Assembly: GCA_964187785.1 (NCBI GenBank)
Contig: OZ076409.1
Coordinates: forward strand, 75,642,001-75,706,000
DNA from: Amphiscolops sp. MND2022
Taxonomy: Eukaryota
Length of the DNA: 64,000 nt
Direction: 5' to 3'
The notes under the pieces were generated by a model. The model saw only the letters and a program-made list of their open reading frames with translations, made no database searches and was not told the origin of the DNA. Of this stretch, positions 25,701-40,700 are shown piece by piece (the stretch's first letter is position 1; each line of letters starts with the position of its first letter). A program made the translations under genes and the position numbers.

Positions 25701-28700
25701 TGCAATCTGTTTTGCTCAAAACGTAATTCAATGCAATTTGGCAGTCAATGAACACAATTTGGTGTCTTTTGTTATATTTTTCTGTTGATATAATAAAAAA
25801 TTTTGTGTCTTTATTAATTTTTTTTAAATAAAATAACTTGAAACAGTTGAGTACATTCCATCCCCCCTTCCGGGGGAGATGGAAATGTACTCGCTAAAAG
25901 CCGCGAACAAGAGCCCATACCTTCCTGCGCTACGCAGTATAAAGATTGCATGTTGGTTCCGACTTTTTGGTAGTGTTATATCTTGGTAATTTGACTGAAT
26001 ATGGAGAAAAATCAGCAAGTGCTCTTTTATAGCAAATTGCTGACAACGACAATTTTTTTATATCAACGCCCCCATATTTATCAACGCCCCCCGTCCGTGG
26101 GCATGCCGAGGCATGCCCTTCGACGACGTATACCAAAATATGCGTTAGCGCGGTAGCCGCTAGGTGGCCGTGTCTTTTCGACGTGCTTTTGCATTGAGGA
26201 GTGGGTAGGGCCCCGCGACGACCTAGAAGAATTGGATGCTCACCGAAACGTGCAGAATTCTACGAGATCTCATAGTTTGAGCCATACGATTTTTCTGAAA
26301 TTTGGCATGTGGCCTGGAATTGGTGAGTAGGTAAAACGTGTAGGAGGTGATTTTTCCCAAATTCCACTGTGAGACGAGATATGGGCAAATAACGGTCCCA
26401 AAAATGGCAAAAATGCACTTTTTTCAACTTTGTCAGCCCATATCTCGTTCCCAGGTGCCCGGAGCGGGACGCGTTAAGCTGATTATAAACTCTAGGGTGT
26501 TGAGGCTGTACGGGGAAGTCAGGCCCGTTCCGATCGGACTTGTAGTCTTGGAGAAATAACGGTATTTTTGGGGAACCTTTTCTAACGGTCCAGCTTATCT
26601 TTGCCATTTTTTCGAAAATGTACTCGCCTAAAGGCCTCCCCCTGGCCGAATTTACTCCCAGCAAAACCATTTGGCCCTAAATACGGAGTTTCAGCGTTCC
26701 AGCATTCCCGGGCGAAAAGTTGTGGGACTTGGAAAATTTTCAAAAATTTTCAAAAAATTTTTTTTCGTTTTCCGGGCCCCCAATGAAGGGGAAACGACCC
26801 TCCAACCAGTATTTTGAGTGAATTCATGTGGAAAGCCCTTGTTTTGACGAGAAAAATACCGTTTAGAACATCTTTTTATCTTGACTCAACGTTGACTTAT
26901 GACGTTTTGAATGTGATGTAAGGATGTAGGAGGCATGTGATAAGTTGATGTTTTGAGTCTTTATCTCATATGAAAGCGGTTGAGATGCAAGCTGTCCTGC
27001 TCAAAACGTCTTTCGTTGTAATTTTCCAGTGCACCAATACCCTTTGGTGTCATATAAACATACTTTTTGTCGATATATTAACAATTTTAATGTATTTATT
27101 CCAATTTTTATTATCTTATAACTCAAAACAGTTGAGTACATTTCATCTCCCTTTCGGGGGAGATGAGAATGTACTCGCTAAAGACCTAGCGCCATGACCA
27201 AAAGTTTGAAACCCACGTTTTTTATCTTCTTACAGACTTGTTTTTGTATTTTTTCGGAATTTTTTAAAAATTAATATACTTGAAATACATTACTTGACTT
27301 TACTACTACAACCCACCTCCAACGACAACGCCCCCCTGCTTGCATCAACGCCCACCGTCCGTGGGCATGCCGAGGCATGCCCTTCGACGACGTATGCCAA
27401 ATGCCCAGTGCCACGCAGTCATTATCGCTAGGTGCCGGGATTACTATTCGTTCGAGTATGTGGCGCGTGTGGGTAGGGCCCCTGGCGCGCTCTTTTATTT
27501 CGGGTACACCTACTCCAAATTCACGATGTGATTTCGACGATCTCGTAAACTAGCCACACGATTTGGCTGAAATTTGGCACACGTACCCCCCTCGGCACGG
27601 TGAAGATGATTCCCTACTGACGTTTTGCCCGCTAAACATTTTTTGTTGACCAAAATAACGGTTTTTGGGGTAAAATTTTCAACTTTTTTTAAATTTCATC
27701 TTATATCTCGCCACGGGTTTACGCTAGCGCTTCAAAACCTTGCTAAAGAAAGCTTGCAAACTGTCTTAGGAATGCTGTGTGAAATTTTCAGCTCAATCGG
27801 ACTTAAACTCGAGGAGATATAGCGTTTTTCCGGAGCGGGGGGGTTTCATTTTTCTAACGGTCCAGCTTATCTTTGCCATTTTTTCGAAAATGCACTCGCC
27901 TAAAGGCCTCCCCTGGCCGGTTTTATTCCCAGCAAAACCATTTGGCCCTAAATACGGAGTTTCAGCGTTCCAGCATTCCCGGGCGAAAAGTTGTGGGACT
28001 TAGAAAATTTCAAAAATTTTCAAAAAAAAATTTTCCGTTATTTGGGCCCCCAAAGTGGGGCAAAAGACCCCCCAACCAGTAAAGCAAGTGAATGCATGTG
28101 GAAAGCCCTTGTTTAGACGAGAAAAATGCCGTTTAGAACGTTTTTTTATCGTAACTTGACATTGACTTTTGTCGTTTTGAAGGTGACCGTTAGATACGGA
28201 AAATTGATGTTTTGAGTGTTTATCCCATCTGAAAGCCATTGAGATACAACATGTTTTGCTCAAAACGTGTTTCATTGCAGTTTCGCTGTCCATTAACACC
28301 CTTTGGTGTCTTTTGACGTAATTTTCTTTTCTATAATAACAATTTCTTTGTGTATTTATTCATTTTTTTCTCATCAAATAACTTGAAACAGTTGAGTACA
28401 TTCCATCTCCCTTCCCGGGGGAGATGAGAATGTACTCGCTAAAGGTCAGGAACTACGGTCTATATCTTCCACAACACAAAAGAGATTGCAAATTGTTTCA
28501 GTTTGTCGCAGAAAACTTCTTTTTGCACTCTGTGACTCGACAAAGTGAACGTTTCTTACTTACTTTGAATCTCACCATACCACAACTCATCTCTAACGTC
28601 AACGCCCCCCACACACATCAACGCCCCCCGTCCGTGGGCATGCCGAGGCATGCCCTTCGACGACGTATAGCAAAATATATTCGAACGCGGTAGCAGCTAG

Positions 28701-31700
28701 GTGCCGGGATTTCTATTCGATAAAGTATGTGGCGCGCCTTGGGTAGGGTCCCTTGCGCGCTCTTGGGTATGGTGTTCACCAGCTAGGAAACAGGGGTCGA
28801 TTTTTCGGGATCTCCTAAACTAGCCACACGATTTGGCTGAAATTTGGCACACGTACTCCCCTCGGCATGGTGAAGATGATTCCCTACTAGCGTTTTGCTC
28901 GCAAAATTTTTTTTGTTGTCCAAAATAACGGTTTTTGGGGTAAAATTTTGAATTTTTTTTAAATTTTATCTTATATCTCGCCACGGGTTTACGCTAGCGC
29001 TTCAAAACCTTGCTAAAGAAAGCTTGCAAACTGTCTCAGGAATGCGGTGTGAAATTTTCAGCTCAATCGGACTTAAACTCGGGGAGATATAGCGTTTTTC
29101 CGGAGCGGGGGGGTTTCATTTTTCTAACGGTCCAGCTTATCTTAGCCATTTTTTCGAAAATGTACTCGCCTAAAGACCTCCCCTGGCCGGTTTTATTCCC
29201 AGCAAAACCATTTGGCCCTAAATACGGAGTTTCAGCGTTCCAGCATTCCCGGGCGAAAAGTTGTGGGACTTAGAAAAATTCAAAAACTTTCAAAAAATTT
29301 TTTTTCCGTTTTCCGCCCTCCCCCCCCTAGGGGAAAAGACCCCCCAACCAGTAATTTGAGTGAATTCATGTGGAAAGGCCATGTTTAGACGAAAAAATTG
29401 CCGTTTAGAACGTCTTTCTATCTCAACCTGACATTGACTTATGAAGCTTTAAAGGTGATGTTTGGACGTGTGAAGCATGTAAAAAAAGGAATTTTTTTGA
29501 TTTTATTTCATCAGAAAGTCATTGAATCACACGCTGTGAAGCCCAGAGCGTGGTTTCTAATAGTTTGGTATCGTTTAAACGCATTTTGGTGTCTTTTTAC
29601 TCTGTTTAAAAAACTTTTCTCCTGAAAATTAATAAGTTTTGATTACTTTTCTTACTTTCCATTAATTTTTTTTTCTTATATTTTTACTTGAAACAGTTGA
29701 GTACATTCCATCTCCCTTCCCGGGGGAGATGAGAATGTACTCGCAAAAAGCCGCGAACTACGGCCCATACCTTCCCGAGATACGCAGTATAAAGATAACA
29801 TAATGGTCCAGGCATTTTAATGGAGTTGTATCTTGGTAATATGTCTGGATTTGCAGAAAAATCAGCACGTGCCATTTTATACCAAGTTGCTCGCAACGAC
29901 AATTAATTTAAATCAACGCCCCCCACAAAAATCAACGCCCCCCGTCCGTGGGCATGCCGAGGCATGCCCTTCGACGACGTGCACCAAAATATGCCCCGAG
30001 CGCGTTAGCAGCTAGGTGCCGGGATTTCTATTCGTTCGAGTATGTGGCGCGTGTGGGTAGGGCCCCTGGCGCGCTCTTGTGTTTCGGGTTTTCCTACTCC
30101 TAAACCGCGTTCAGATTTTCGGGATCTCCTAAACTAGCCATACGATTTGGCTGAAATTTGGCACACGTACCCCCCTCGGCACGGTGAAGATGATTCCCTA
30201 CTGACGTTTTTCCCGCTAAACATTTTTTGTTGACCAAAATAACGGTTTTTGGGGTAAAATTTTCAACTTTTTTTAAATTTCATCTTATATCTCGCCACGG
30301 GTACACGCTAGCGCTTCCAAACCTTGCTGACGAAAATTTGCAAACTGTCTCAGGAATGCTGTGTGAAATTTTCAGCTCAATCGAACTCAAACTCGGTGAG
30401 ATATAGCGTTTTTCCGGAGCGGGGGGGTTTCATTTTTCTAACGGTCCAGCTTATCTTTGCCATTTTTTCGAAAATGCACTCGCCTAAAGGCCTCCCCTGG
30501 CCGGTTTTATTCCCAGCAAAACCATTTGGCCCTAAATACGGAGTTTCAGCGTTCTAGCATTCTCGGGCGAAAAGTTGTGGGACTTAGAAAATTTCAAAAA
30601 TTTTCAAAAAATTTTTTTCCGTTATTTGGGCCCCCAAAGTGGGGGAAAAGACCCCCCAACCAGTAAGGCAAGTGAATGCATGTGCAAAGCCCTTGTTTAG
30701 AGGAGAAAAATGCCGTTTAGAACGTCTTTTTATCTTGGCTCAACGTTGACTTATGACGTTTTGAAGGTGATGTTTGGAGGTGTAAAGCACGTGAATAGTA
30801 AACGTTATGAGTATTTACCTGATCTGAAAGCCATTGAGATGCAATATGGTTTGCTCAAAACGTAATTCATGGCAGTTTGGCAATCAATCAACACCCTTTG
30901 TTGTCGTTTGACATACTTTTTTGTTGTTATAATAAAAAATTTTGTGTATTTATTCATTTTTTTCTCATCAAATAACTTGAAACAGTTGAGTACATTCCAT
31001 CCCCCCTTCCGGGGGAGATGAGAATGTACTCGCAAAAAGCACCGAACTACGGCCCTTACCTTCCCGAGCTACGCAGTATAAGGGTTACATATTGGTTCCG
31101 ACATTTTCATAGAGTTAAATCTTGGTAATCTGTCTGGATATGCAGAAAAACCAGCACGTGCTTTTTTATACCAAGTTGCTTACAACGACAATTATTTTAT
31201 ATCAACGCCCCCATATTTATCAACGCCCCCCGTCCGTGGGCATGCCGAGGCATGCCCTTCGACGACGTATACCAAGATATGTTCGAGCGCGTTAGCCTAG
31301 GTGGCCGTGTCTTTTCGACGTGCTTTTGCATTGAGGAGTGGGTAGGGCCCCGCGACGACCTAGAAGAATTGGATGCTCACCGAAACGTGCAGAATTCTAC
31401 GAGATCTCATAGTTTGAGCCATACGATTTTTCTGAAATTTGGCATGTGGCCTGGAATTGGTGAGTAGGTAAAACGTGTAGAAAGTAATTTTTCCCAAATT
31501 CCACTGTGAGAGGAGATATGGGCAAATAACGGACCCAAAAATGGCAAAAATGCACATTTTTCAACTTTGTCAGCCAATATCTCTTTTCCAGGTGCCCGTA
31601 GCGTTCCGCACGTGGACATCAATATTGCTCAGCGCTGTTGGAGGAGTGCGTGGACAAATTTTGGTTTAAATCGGACTTGAACTTGACGAGAAATTAACGG

Positions 31701-34700
31701 TTTTTTGGGCGTTTCCGGGGTAAATTTTTTAACGGTCCAGCTTATCTTTGCCATTTTTTCGAAAATGTACATGCCTAAAGGCCTCCCCCTGGCCGAATTT
31801 ACTCCCAGCAAACCCATTTGGCCCTAAATACGGAGTTTCAGCGTTCCAGCATTCCGGGGCGGAAAGTTGTGGGACTTGGAAAAATTTCAAATTTTTTTCA
31901 AAATTTTTTTTCCCGTTTTCCGGGCCCCCAATGAAGGGGAACGACCCCCCAACCAGTATTTTGAGTGAATTCATGTGGAACGCCCATGTTTGGAGGAGAA
32001 AAATGCCGTTTAGAACATCTTTTTATCTTAACTTGACATTGACTTATGACGTTTTGAATGTGATGTTAGGATATATGAAGCATGTTAAAAGTTGAAGTTT
32101 TGAGTCTTTATCTCATCGGAAAACCATTGAGATACAAGCAGTTTTGCTAAAAACGATTTTCATTGTAGGTTAGCAGAGTATTAGTACACTTTGATGTCAT
32201 TTGAGTATTTTTTTCTTCTATATAATAACTGTTTTTTTGTATTTATTCCAATTTATCTCATCTTTTAACATCAAGCAGTTGAGTACATTTCATCTCCCTT
32301 TCGGGGGAGATGAGAGTGTACTCGCTAAAAACCTAATGCTATGGCGCCAATGTTTGGATGGGAAGTTTTCTATGCTTTGGAAAAAGTTATTTTTAATTAC
32401 TTGATTTTTTAAAACAATAATTAACATGAAGTACATTACTTGCTCCTACTACTACCACCATACATCTCTAACGTCAACGCCCCCTGCTTGCATCAACGCC
32501 CCATCGTCCGTGGGCATGCCGAGGCATGCCCTTCGACGACGTATGCCAAATGCCCAGTGCCACGCAGTCTTTCCCCGCTAGGTGCCGGGATTACTATTCG
32601 TTCGAGTATGTGGCGCGTGTGGGTAGGGCCCCTGGCGCGCTCTTTTATTTCGGGTACACCTACTCCAAATTCACGATGTGATTTCGACGATCTCGTAAAC
32701 TAGCCACACGATTTGGCTGAAATTTGGCACACGTACCCCCCTCGGCACGGTGAAGATGATTCCCTACTGACGTTTTGCCCGCTAAACATTTTTTGTTGAC
32801 CAAAATAACGGTTTTTGGGGTAAAATTTTCAACTTTTTTTAAATTTTGTCTTATATCTCGCCACGGGTTTACGCTAGCGCTTCAAAACCTTGCTAACGAA
32901 AGTTTGCAAACTGTCTCAGGAATGCTGTGTGAAATTTTCAGCTCAATCGGACTTAAACTCGAGGAGATATAGCGTTTTTCCGGAGCGGGGGGGTTTCATT
33001 TTTCTAACGGTCCAGCTTATCTTTGCCATTTTTTCGAAAATGCACTCGCCTAAAGGCCTCCCCTGGCCGGTTTTATTCCCAGCAAAACCATTTGGCCCTA
33101 AATACGGAGTTTCAGCGTTCCAGCATTCCCGGGCGAAAAGTTGTGGGACTTAGAAAATTTCAAAAATTTTCAAAAAAATTTTTTCCGTTATTTGGGTCCC
33201 CAAAGTGGGGCAAAAGACCCCCCAACTAGTAAAGCAAGTGAATGCATGTGGAAAGCCCTTGTTTAGACGAGAAAAATGGCGTTTAGAACGTTTTTTTATC
33301 GTAATTTGACATTGACTTTTGTCGTTTTGAAGGTGACCGTTAGATACGGAAAATTGATGTTTTGAGTGTTTATCCCATCTGAAAGCCATTGAGATACAAC
33401 ATGTTTTGCTCAAAACGTGTTTCATTGCAGTTTCGCTGTCCATTAACACCCTTTGGTGTCTTTTGACGTAATTTTCTTTTCTATAATAACAATTTCTTTG
33501 TGTATTTATTCATTTTTTTCTCATCAAATAACTTGAAACAGTTGAGTACATTCCATCTCCCTTCCCGGGGGAGATGAGAATGTACTCGCTAAAGGTCAGG
33601 AACTACGGTCTATATCTTCCACAACACAAAAGAGATTGCAAATTGTTTCAGTTTGTCGCAGAAAACTTCTTTTTGCACTCTGTGACTCGACAAAGTGAAC
33701 GTTTCTTACTTACTTTGAATCTCACCATACCACAACTCATCTCTAACGTCATTGCCCCCCACACACATCAACGCCCCCCGTCCGTGGGCATGCCGAGGCA
33801 TGCCCTTCGACGACGTATAGCAAAATATATTCGAACGCGGTAGCCGCTAGGTGCCGGGATTTCTATTCGATAAACTATGTGGCGCGTGTGGGTAGGGTCC
33901 CTGGCGCGCTCTTGGGTATGGTGTTCACCAGCTAGGAAATAGGGGTCGATTTTTCGGGATCTCCTAAACTAGCCACACGATTTGGCTGAAATTTGGCACA
34001 CGTACTCCCCTCGGCATGGTGAAGATGATTTCCTACTAGCGTTTTGCTCGCAAAATTTTTTTTGTTGTCCAAAATAACGGTTTTTGGGGTAAAATTTTGA
34101 ATTTTTTTTAAATTTTATCTTATATCTCGCCACGGGTTTACGCTAGCCGCGCCGCACCTTGCTAAGCTTATTTTGCAAACTGTCTCAGGAATGCTGTGTG
34201 AAATTTTCAGCTCAATCGGACTTAAACTCAGGGAGATATAGCGTTTTTCCGGAGCGGGGGGGTTTCATTTTTCTAACGGTCCAGCTTATCTTAGCCATTT
34301 TTTCGAAAATGTACTCGCCTAAAGACCTCCCCTGGCCGGTTTTATTCCCAGCAAAACCATTTGGCCCTAAATACGGAGTTTCAGCGTTCCAGCATTCCCG
34401 GGCGAAAAGTTGTGGGACTTAGAAAAGTTCAAAAATTTTCAAAAAATTTTTTTTCCGTTTTCTGCCCTCCCCCCCTAGGGGAAAAGACCCCCCAACCAGT
34501 AATTTGAGTGAATTCATGTGGAAAGGCCATGTTTAGAGGAGAAAAATCCCGTTTAGATCGTCTTTTTATCTTTATTCAACGTTGACTTATGACGTTTTGA
34601 AGGTGATGTTTGGAGGTGTGAAGCACGTGAAAAGTAAACGTTATGAGTATTTATCTGATCTGAAAGCCATTGAGATGCAACCTGTTTTGCTCAAAACGTA

Positions 34701-37700
34701 ATTCATATCAGTTTGGTAGTCAATCAACACCCTTTGTTGTCATTTGACATCTTTTTTTGTTGATATAAGAAAAAATTTCGTGTATTTATTCATTTTTTTC
34801 TCATCAAATAACTTGAAACAGTTGAGTACATTCCATCCCCCCTTCACGGGGGAGATGAGAATGTACTCGCAAAAAGCCCCGAACTACGGCCCTTACCTTC
34901 CTGAGCTACGCAGTATAAAGATTGCATATTGGTTCCGACATTTTGATAGAGTTATATCTTGGTAATCTGTCTGGGTATGCAGAAAAACAAGCACGTGCTT
35001 TTTTATACCAAGTTGCTCACAACGACATTTATTTTATATCAACGCCCCCATATTTATCAACGCCCACCGTCCGTGGGCATGCCGAGGCATGCCCTTCGAC
35101 GACGCGCACCAAAATATTCCCCGAGCGCGTTAGCCTAGGTGCCCGGATTTCTATTCATTAAAGTATGTTGCGCGTGTGGGTAGGGCCCCGTGGCGCGCTC
35201 TTGTGTCCCTGTTTTAAAATCTGCAATTTCCGGCTGCTTTCGGAGCGATTTTCTAAACTATCCATACGATTCGGCTGAAATTTGGCATGTGAGTTCCTAT
35301 GACAGTTCTAAGAAACATTTCCTTCTGGCGTTTTGCCCGGAAAATTTTTTTTGTTGACTTATAACGGTTTTTTTGGCCAAAAAATGCAATTTTTTCAAAA
35401 ATTTTTTTTTTCGGAGCCCATATCTTTTTTCAGGGTGCCCGGAGCGGGACGCGTTAAACTGATTATAAACTCTACGGTTCATGGGCTTTACGGAGAACCT
35501 AGGCTCGTTTCGATCGGACAAATAGTCTTGGAGATATAACGGCATTTTTTGGGAATTTTTTGGAAATTTTTCTAACGGTCCAGCTTATCTTTGCCATTTT
35601 TTCGAAAATGTACTCGCCTAAAGGCCTCCCCTGGCCGGTTTTAATCCCAGCAAAACCATTTGGCCCTAAATACGGAGTTTCAGCGTTCCAGCATTCCCGG
35701 GCGAAAAGTTGTGGGACTTAGAAAAATTTCAAAATTTTTCAAAATTTTTTTTTTCCGTTTTCCGCCCTCCCCCCCGAGGGGAAAAGACCCCCCAACCAGT
35801 AATTTGAGTGAATTCATGTGGAAAGGCCATGTTTAGAGAAGAAAAATGCCGTTTAGATCGTCTTTTTATTTTAACCTGTCGTTGACTTATGTTGTTTTGA
35901 AGGTGATGTTTGGATGTGTGAAGCATGTGAAAAGGTAATTTATTGTGTCTTTAGCTCTTCTAAAAGTCATTGAGATACACGGTGTGTGACTCAGAACGTG
36001 TTTAATTCTAATTTAGCAATGCATCAACACTTTTTTGTGTCTCTTGACTCTGTTAAAAAAACTTTTTTCCTCATAAATTGAAAAAATTTTACCAATTTTT
36101 CATTTTTTTTCTGATCTAATGACTCGAAACAGTTGAGTACATTCCATCTCCCTTCCCGGGGGAGATGAGAATGTACTCTCTAAAGACCAGCTACTACAGT
36201 ACTTACCTTCCCCGAGCAACGCCCCATAAAAATTGCGTTTTGATCATTCTATTTTGACATAAATCTATCTTTGTAATTTGACTGGAAATGAAGAAAATGC
36301 CGCACGTGCTCTTTTATATCAAGTATCTTAACAACGCCATCTCTTTTACGTCAACGCCCCATAGTTCACATCAACGCCCACCGTCCGTGGGCATGCCGAG
36401 GCATGCCCTTCGACGACGTATGCCAAGATATATCCCAAGCGCGGTAGCCGCTAGGTGCCGGGATTTCTATTCGATAAAGTAAGTTGCGCGGTTGGGTAGG
36501 GCCCCGTGAGCGCGCCCGTGTCTGTGTTTTTTTAACCTGAATTTGCGGGTGCCAAAATAGACGATCTCCTAAACTATCCATACGATTTTGCTCAAATTTG
36601 GCATACGGGTTCCTGAGACAGATATAAGAACTAATTCCTACTGGCGTTTTGCCCGGAAAATTTTTTTTGTTGCGCAAACTTGAAATTTTTGACAAAAAAA
36701 TGCGATTTTTTTTGAAAAATTTTTTTTGAGAGGCCATATCTTTTTTCAGGGTGCCCGGATCGGGACGCGTTAAACTGATTATAAACTCTACGGTTCACGA
36801 GCTGTACGGGGAACCTATTTTTGTTGGAATCCGACTTGTAGATTTTGAGATATATTATCAAATTTGGGTGTTTTTTTTTCAATTTTTCGAAAAACCTGGT
36901 TTATCTCTGCCGTTTTTGCCCAGATTTTTTTCTAGACCCTCTCCTAAAGGCCTCCCCTGGCCGGATAACGTCCCAGCAAAACCATTTGGCCCTAAATACG
37001 AAGTTTCAGCGTTCTAGCATTCTCGGGCGAAAAGTTGTGGGTCTTAGAAAATTTTTTTTGAAACGCAAAATGTGTAAAGTCAACTTCAGGCCTCCCAAAG
37101 TCAAGGAACTTCCACACAACTAGGATTGCAAGTGGATGCATGTGGAAAGTGCTTGAATAGACGAGGAAAATGAGCTATTATAAAACTCTGTAGCTTAACC
37201 TGACGTTGACTTATGACAATTTTAGTGTGAGCTTGCTATGTGAGAAAAAATTTCAAAAATTGAAAATCGAAGCTAAGTCTCATCCAAAACTCATCGGAAT
37301 ACGTTCAATCCATTCCAAAGCGGTTTACTTCCAGCTATAGACTGCAGCAACACTATTCAAGACCATTGTACCCCTTTATATTAGTTTTGACATTGTATTA
37401 TTCATCCGAGAGCACAAAGCAGTTGAGTACATTCCATCTCCCTTTCGGGGGAGATGAGAATGTACTCGCTAAAGAACAGGTACTACAGCCAATTTTTGTA
37501 TTTATGCGAAGCCATTCTATGCTATTGCACATAACAACTATGCTATTGACTTAATTTTGCCTACACTTTGCTATGACATATGCTAAACGTTTGGCCCTTA
37601 CAACAACATACACATGACTAACGTCAACACCACATACTGTTACCAACGCCCACCGTCCGTGGGCATGCCGAGGCATGCCCTTCGACGACGTATGCCAAAT

Positions 37701-40700
37701 ACCTTCCAGCGACGCTCGCGCTCCCCGGCTAGGTGCCGGGATTTCTATTCGATAAAGTATGTGGCGCGTGTGGGTAGGGTCCCTGGCGCGCTCTTGGGTA
37801 TGGTGTTCACCAGCTAGGAAATAGGGGTCGATTTTTCGGGATCTCCTAAACTAGCCACACGATTTGGCTGAAATTTGGCACACGTACTCCCCTCGGCATG
37901 GTGAAGATGATTCCCTACTAGCGTTTTGCTCGCAAAATTTTTTTTGTTGTCCAAAATAACGGTTTTTGGGGGAAAATTTTGAACTTTTTTTAAATTTCAT
38001 CTTATATCTCGCCACCGGTTTACGCTAGCGCTTCAAAACCCTGCTAAAGAAAGCTTGCAAACTGTCTCAGGAATGCGGTGTGAAATTTTCAGCTCAATCG
38101 GACTCAAACTCAGGGAGATATAGCGTTTTTCCGGAGCGGGGGGGTTTCATTTTTCTAACGGTCCAGCTTATCTTAGCCATTTTTTCGAAAATGTACTCGC
38201 CTAAAGACCTCCCCTGGCCGGTTTTATTCCCAGCGAAACCATTTGGCCCTAAATACGGAGTTTCAGCGTTCCAGCATTCCCGGGCGAAAAGTTGTGGGAC
38301 TTAGAAAATTTCAAAAATTTTCAAAAAATTTTTTTTCCGTTTTCCGCCCTCCCCCCCTAGGGGAAAAGACCCCCAACCAGTAATTTGAGTGAATTCATGT
38401 GGAAAGGCCATGTTTAGAGGAGAAAAATCCCGTTTAAATTGTCTTTTTATCTTTATTCAACGTTGACTTATGACGTTTTGAAGGTGATGTTTGGAGGTGT
38501 GAAGCACGTGAAAAGTAAACGTTATGAGTATTTATCTGATCTGAAAGCCATTGAGATGCAACCTGTTTTGCTCAAAACGTAATTCATATCAGTTTGGTAG
38601 TCAATCAACACCCTTTGTTGTCATTTGACATCTTTTTTTGTTGATATAAGAAAAAATTTCGTGTATTTATTCATTTTTTTCTCATCAAATAACTTGAAAC
38701 AGTTGAGTACATTCCATCCCCCCTTCACGGGGGAGATGAGAATGTACTCGCAAAAAGCCCCGAACTACGGCCCTTACCTTCCTGAGCTACGCAGTATAAA
38801 GATTGCATATTGGTTCCGACATTTTGATAGAGTTATATCTTGGTAATCTGTCTGGGTATGCAGAAAAACCAGCACGTGCTTTTTTATACCAAGTTGCTCA
38901 CAACGACATTTATTTTATATCAACGCCCCCATATTTATCAACGCCCCCCGTCCGTGGGCATGCCGAGGCATGCCCTTCGACGACGTATACCAAGATATGT
39001 TCGAGCGCGTTAGCCTAGGTGCCGGGATTTCTATTCGATAAAGTAAGTTGCGCGGTTGGGTAGGGCCCCGTGAGCGCGCCCGTGTCTGTGTTTTTTGAAC
39101 CTGAATTTGCGGGTGCCAAAATAGACGATCTCCTAAACTATCCATACGATTTTGCTCAAATTTGGCATACGGGTTCCTGAGACAGATATAAGAACTAATT
39201 CCTACTGGCGTTTTGCCCGGAAAATTTTTTTTGTTGCGCAAACTTGAAATTTTTGACAAAAAAATGCGATTTTTTTTGAAAAAATTTTTTTGAGAGGCCA
39301 TATCTTTTTTCAGGGTGCCCGGAGCGGGACGCGTTAAACTGATTATAAACTCTACGGTTCATGGGCTTTACAGAGAACCTAGGCTCGTTTCGCTGGGACA
39401 AATAGTCTTGGAGATATAACGGTATTTTTCGGGAATTTTTTGAAAATTTTTCTAACGGTCCAGCTTATCTTTGCCATTTTTTCAAAAATGCACTCGCCTA
39501 AAGGCCTCCCCTGGCCGGTTTTATTCCCAGCAAAACCATTTGGCCCTAAATACGGAGTTTCAGCGTTCCAGCATTCCCGGGCGAAAAGTTGTGGGACTTA
39601 GAAATTTTTTTTGGAAACGCAAAATGTGTAAAGTCAACTTCTGGCCTCCCAAAGTCAAGGAACTTCCACACAACTAGTATTGCAAGTGAATGCATGTGGA
39701 GAGTACTCGAATAGACGAGGAAAATGAGCTATAGAACGTCTCTGTAGCTTAACTTGACGTTGACTTATGACCTTTTGAGTGTGAGCTTGCTATGCGAGAA
39801 AAAATGCAAAACATGAAAATGGAAGCAAAGTATCGTCGAAAACCCATCATAAGATGTTCAACTCATCCTAGAGCGGTTTATTAACAGTTGTTTAGTAGAG
39901 CAACACCATTCATGATCATGTGACCCATTTTTATGGGTTATGAGATTGTCTTATTCATCCGATAGCCCAAAGCAGTTGAGTACATTCCATCTCACATCCG
40001 TGTGAGATGAGAATGTACTCGCTAAAGTCCAGGTACTACAGCCCATTTTGGTTTTATGCGACGCTCTGTATGCAAATGAGCTTACTTGAAATTTTTTTAG
40101 CTGATATTTTTTTAAACTGCACTTTGACTCTGACCTGACATACTGAATATTTAGTCCTTATAACATACACATAATTGACGTCAACGCCCCATACTTACAT
40201 CAACGCCCACCGTCCGTGGGCATGCCGAGGCATGCCCTTCGACGACGCGCACCAAAATATTCCCCGAGCGCGTTAGCCTAGGTGCCGGGATTTCTATTCG
40301 ATAAGGAATTTTGCGCGGTTGGGTAGGGCCCCGTGAGCGCGCCAGGGGATAGTGTTAGAACAACAAGGATTTGGGCATCAGTTGGGAGCGATTTTCTAAA
40401 CTATCCGTACGATTTGGCTGAAATTTGGCATGAAGCTTCCTTGGAACATTCTAAGAACAAATCCCTACTGGCGTTTTGCCGGGAAAAATCGAAATGTTGG
40501 TCAAAAATGCAATTTTCCGACCAAATTTTCGGGTAAAATTTTTTTGAAACGCTATATCTCGCCACAGGGTTACGCTAGCGCCTCGCAACCTATGATCAGG
40601 TTTTGTAGAGCGTTGTCTGTAGAACACGTATGCCAAATTTGGTGGCGATCGGACTTAAACTCAGGGAGATATAACGATTTTTTAGGTGCATTTTTTGACA

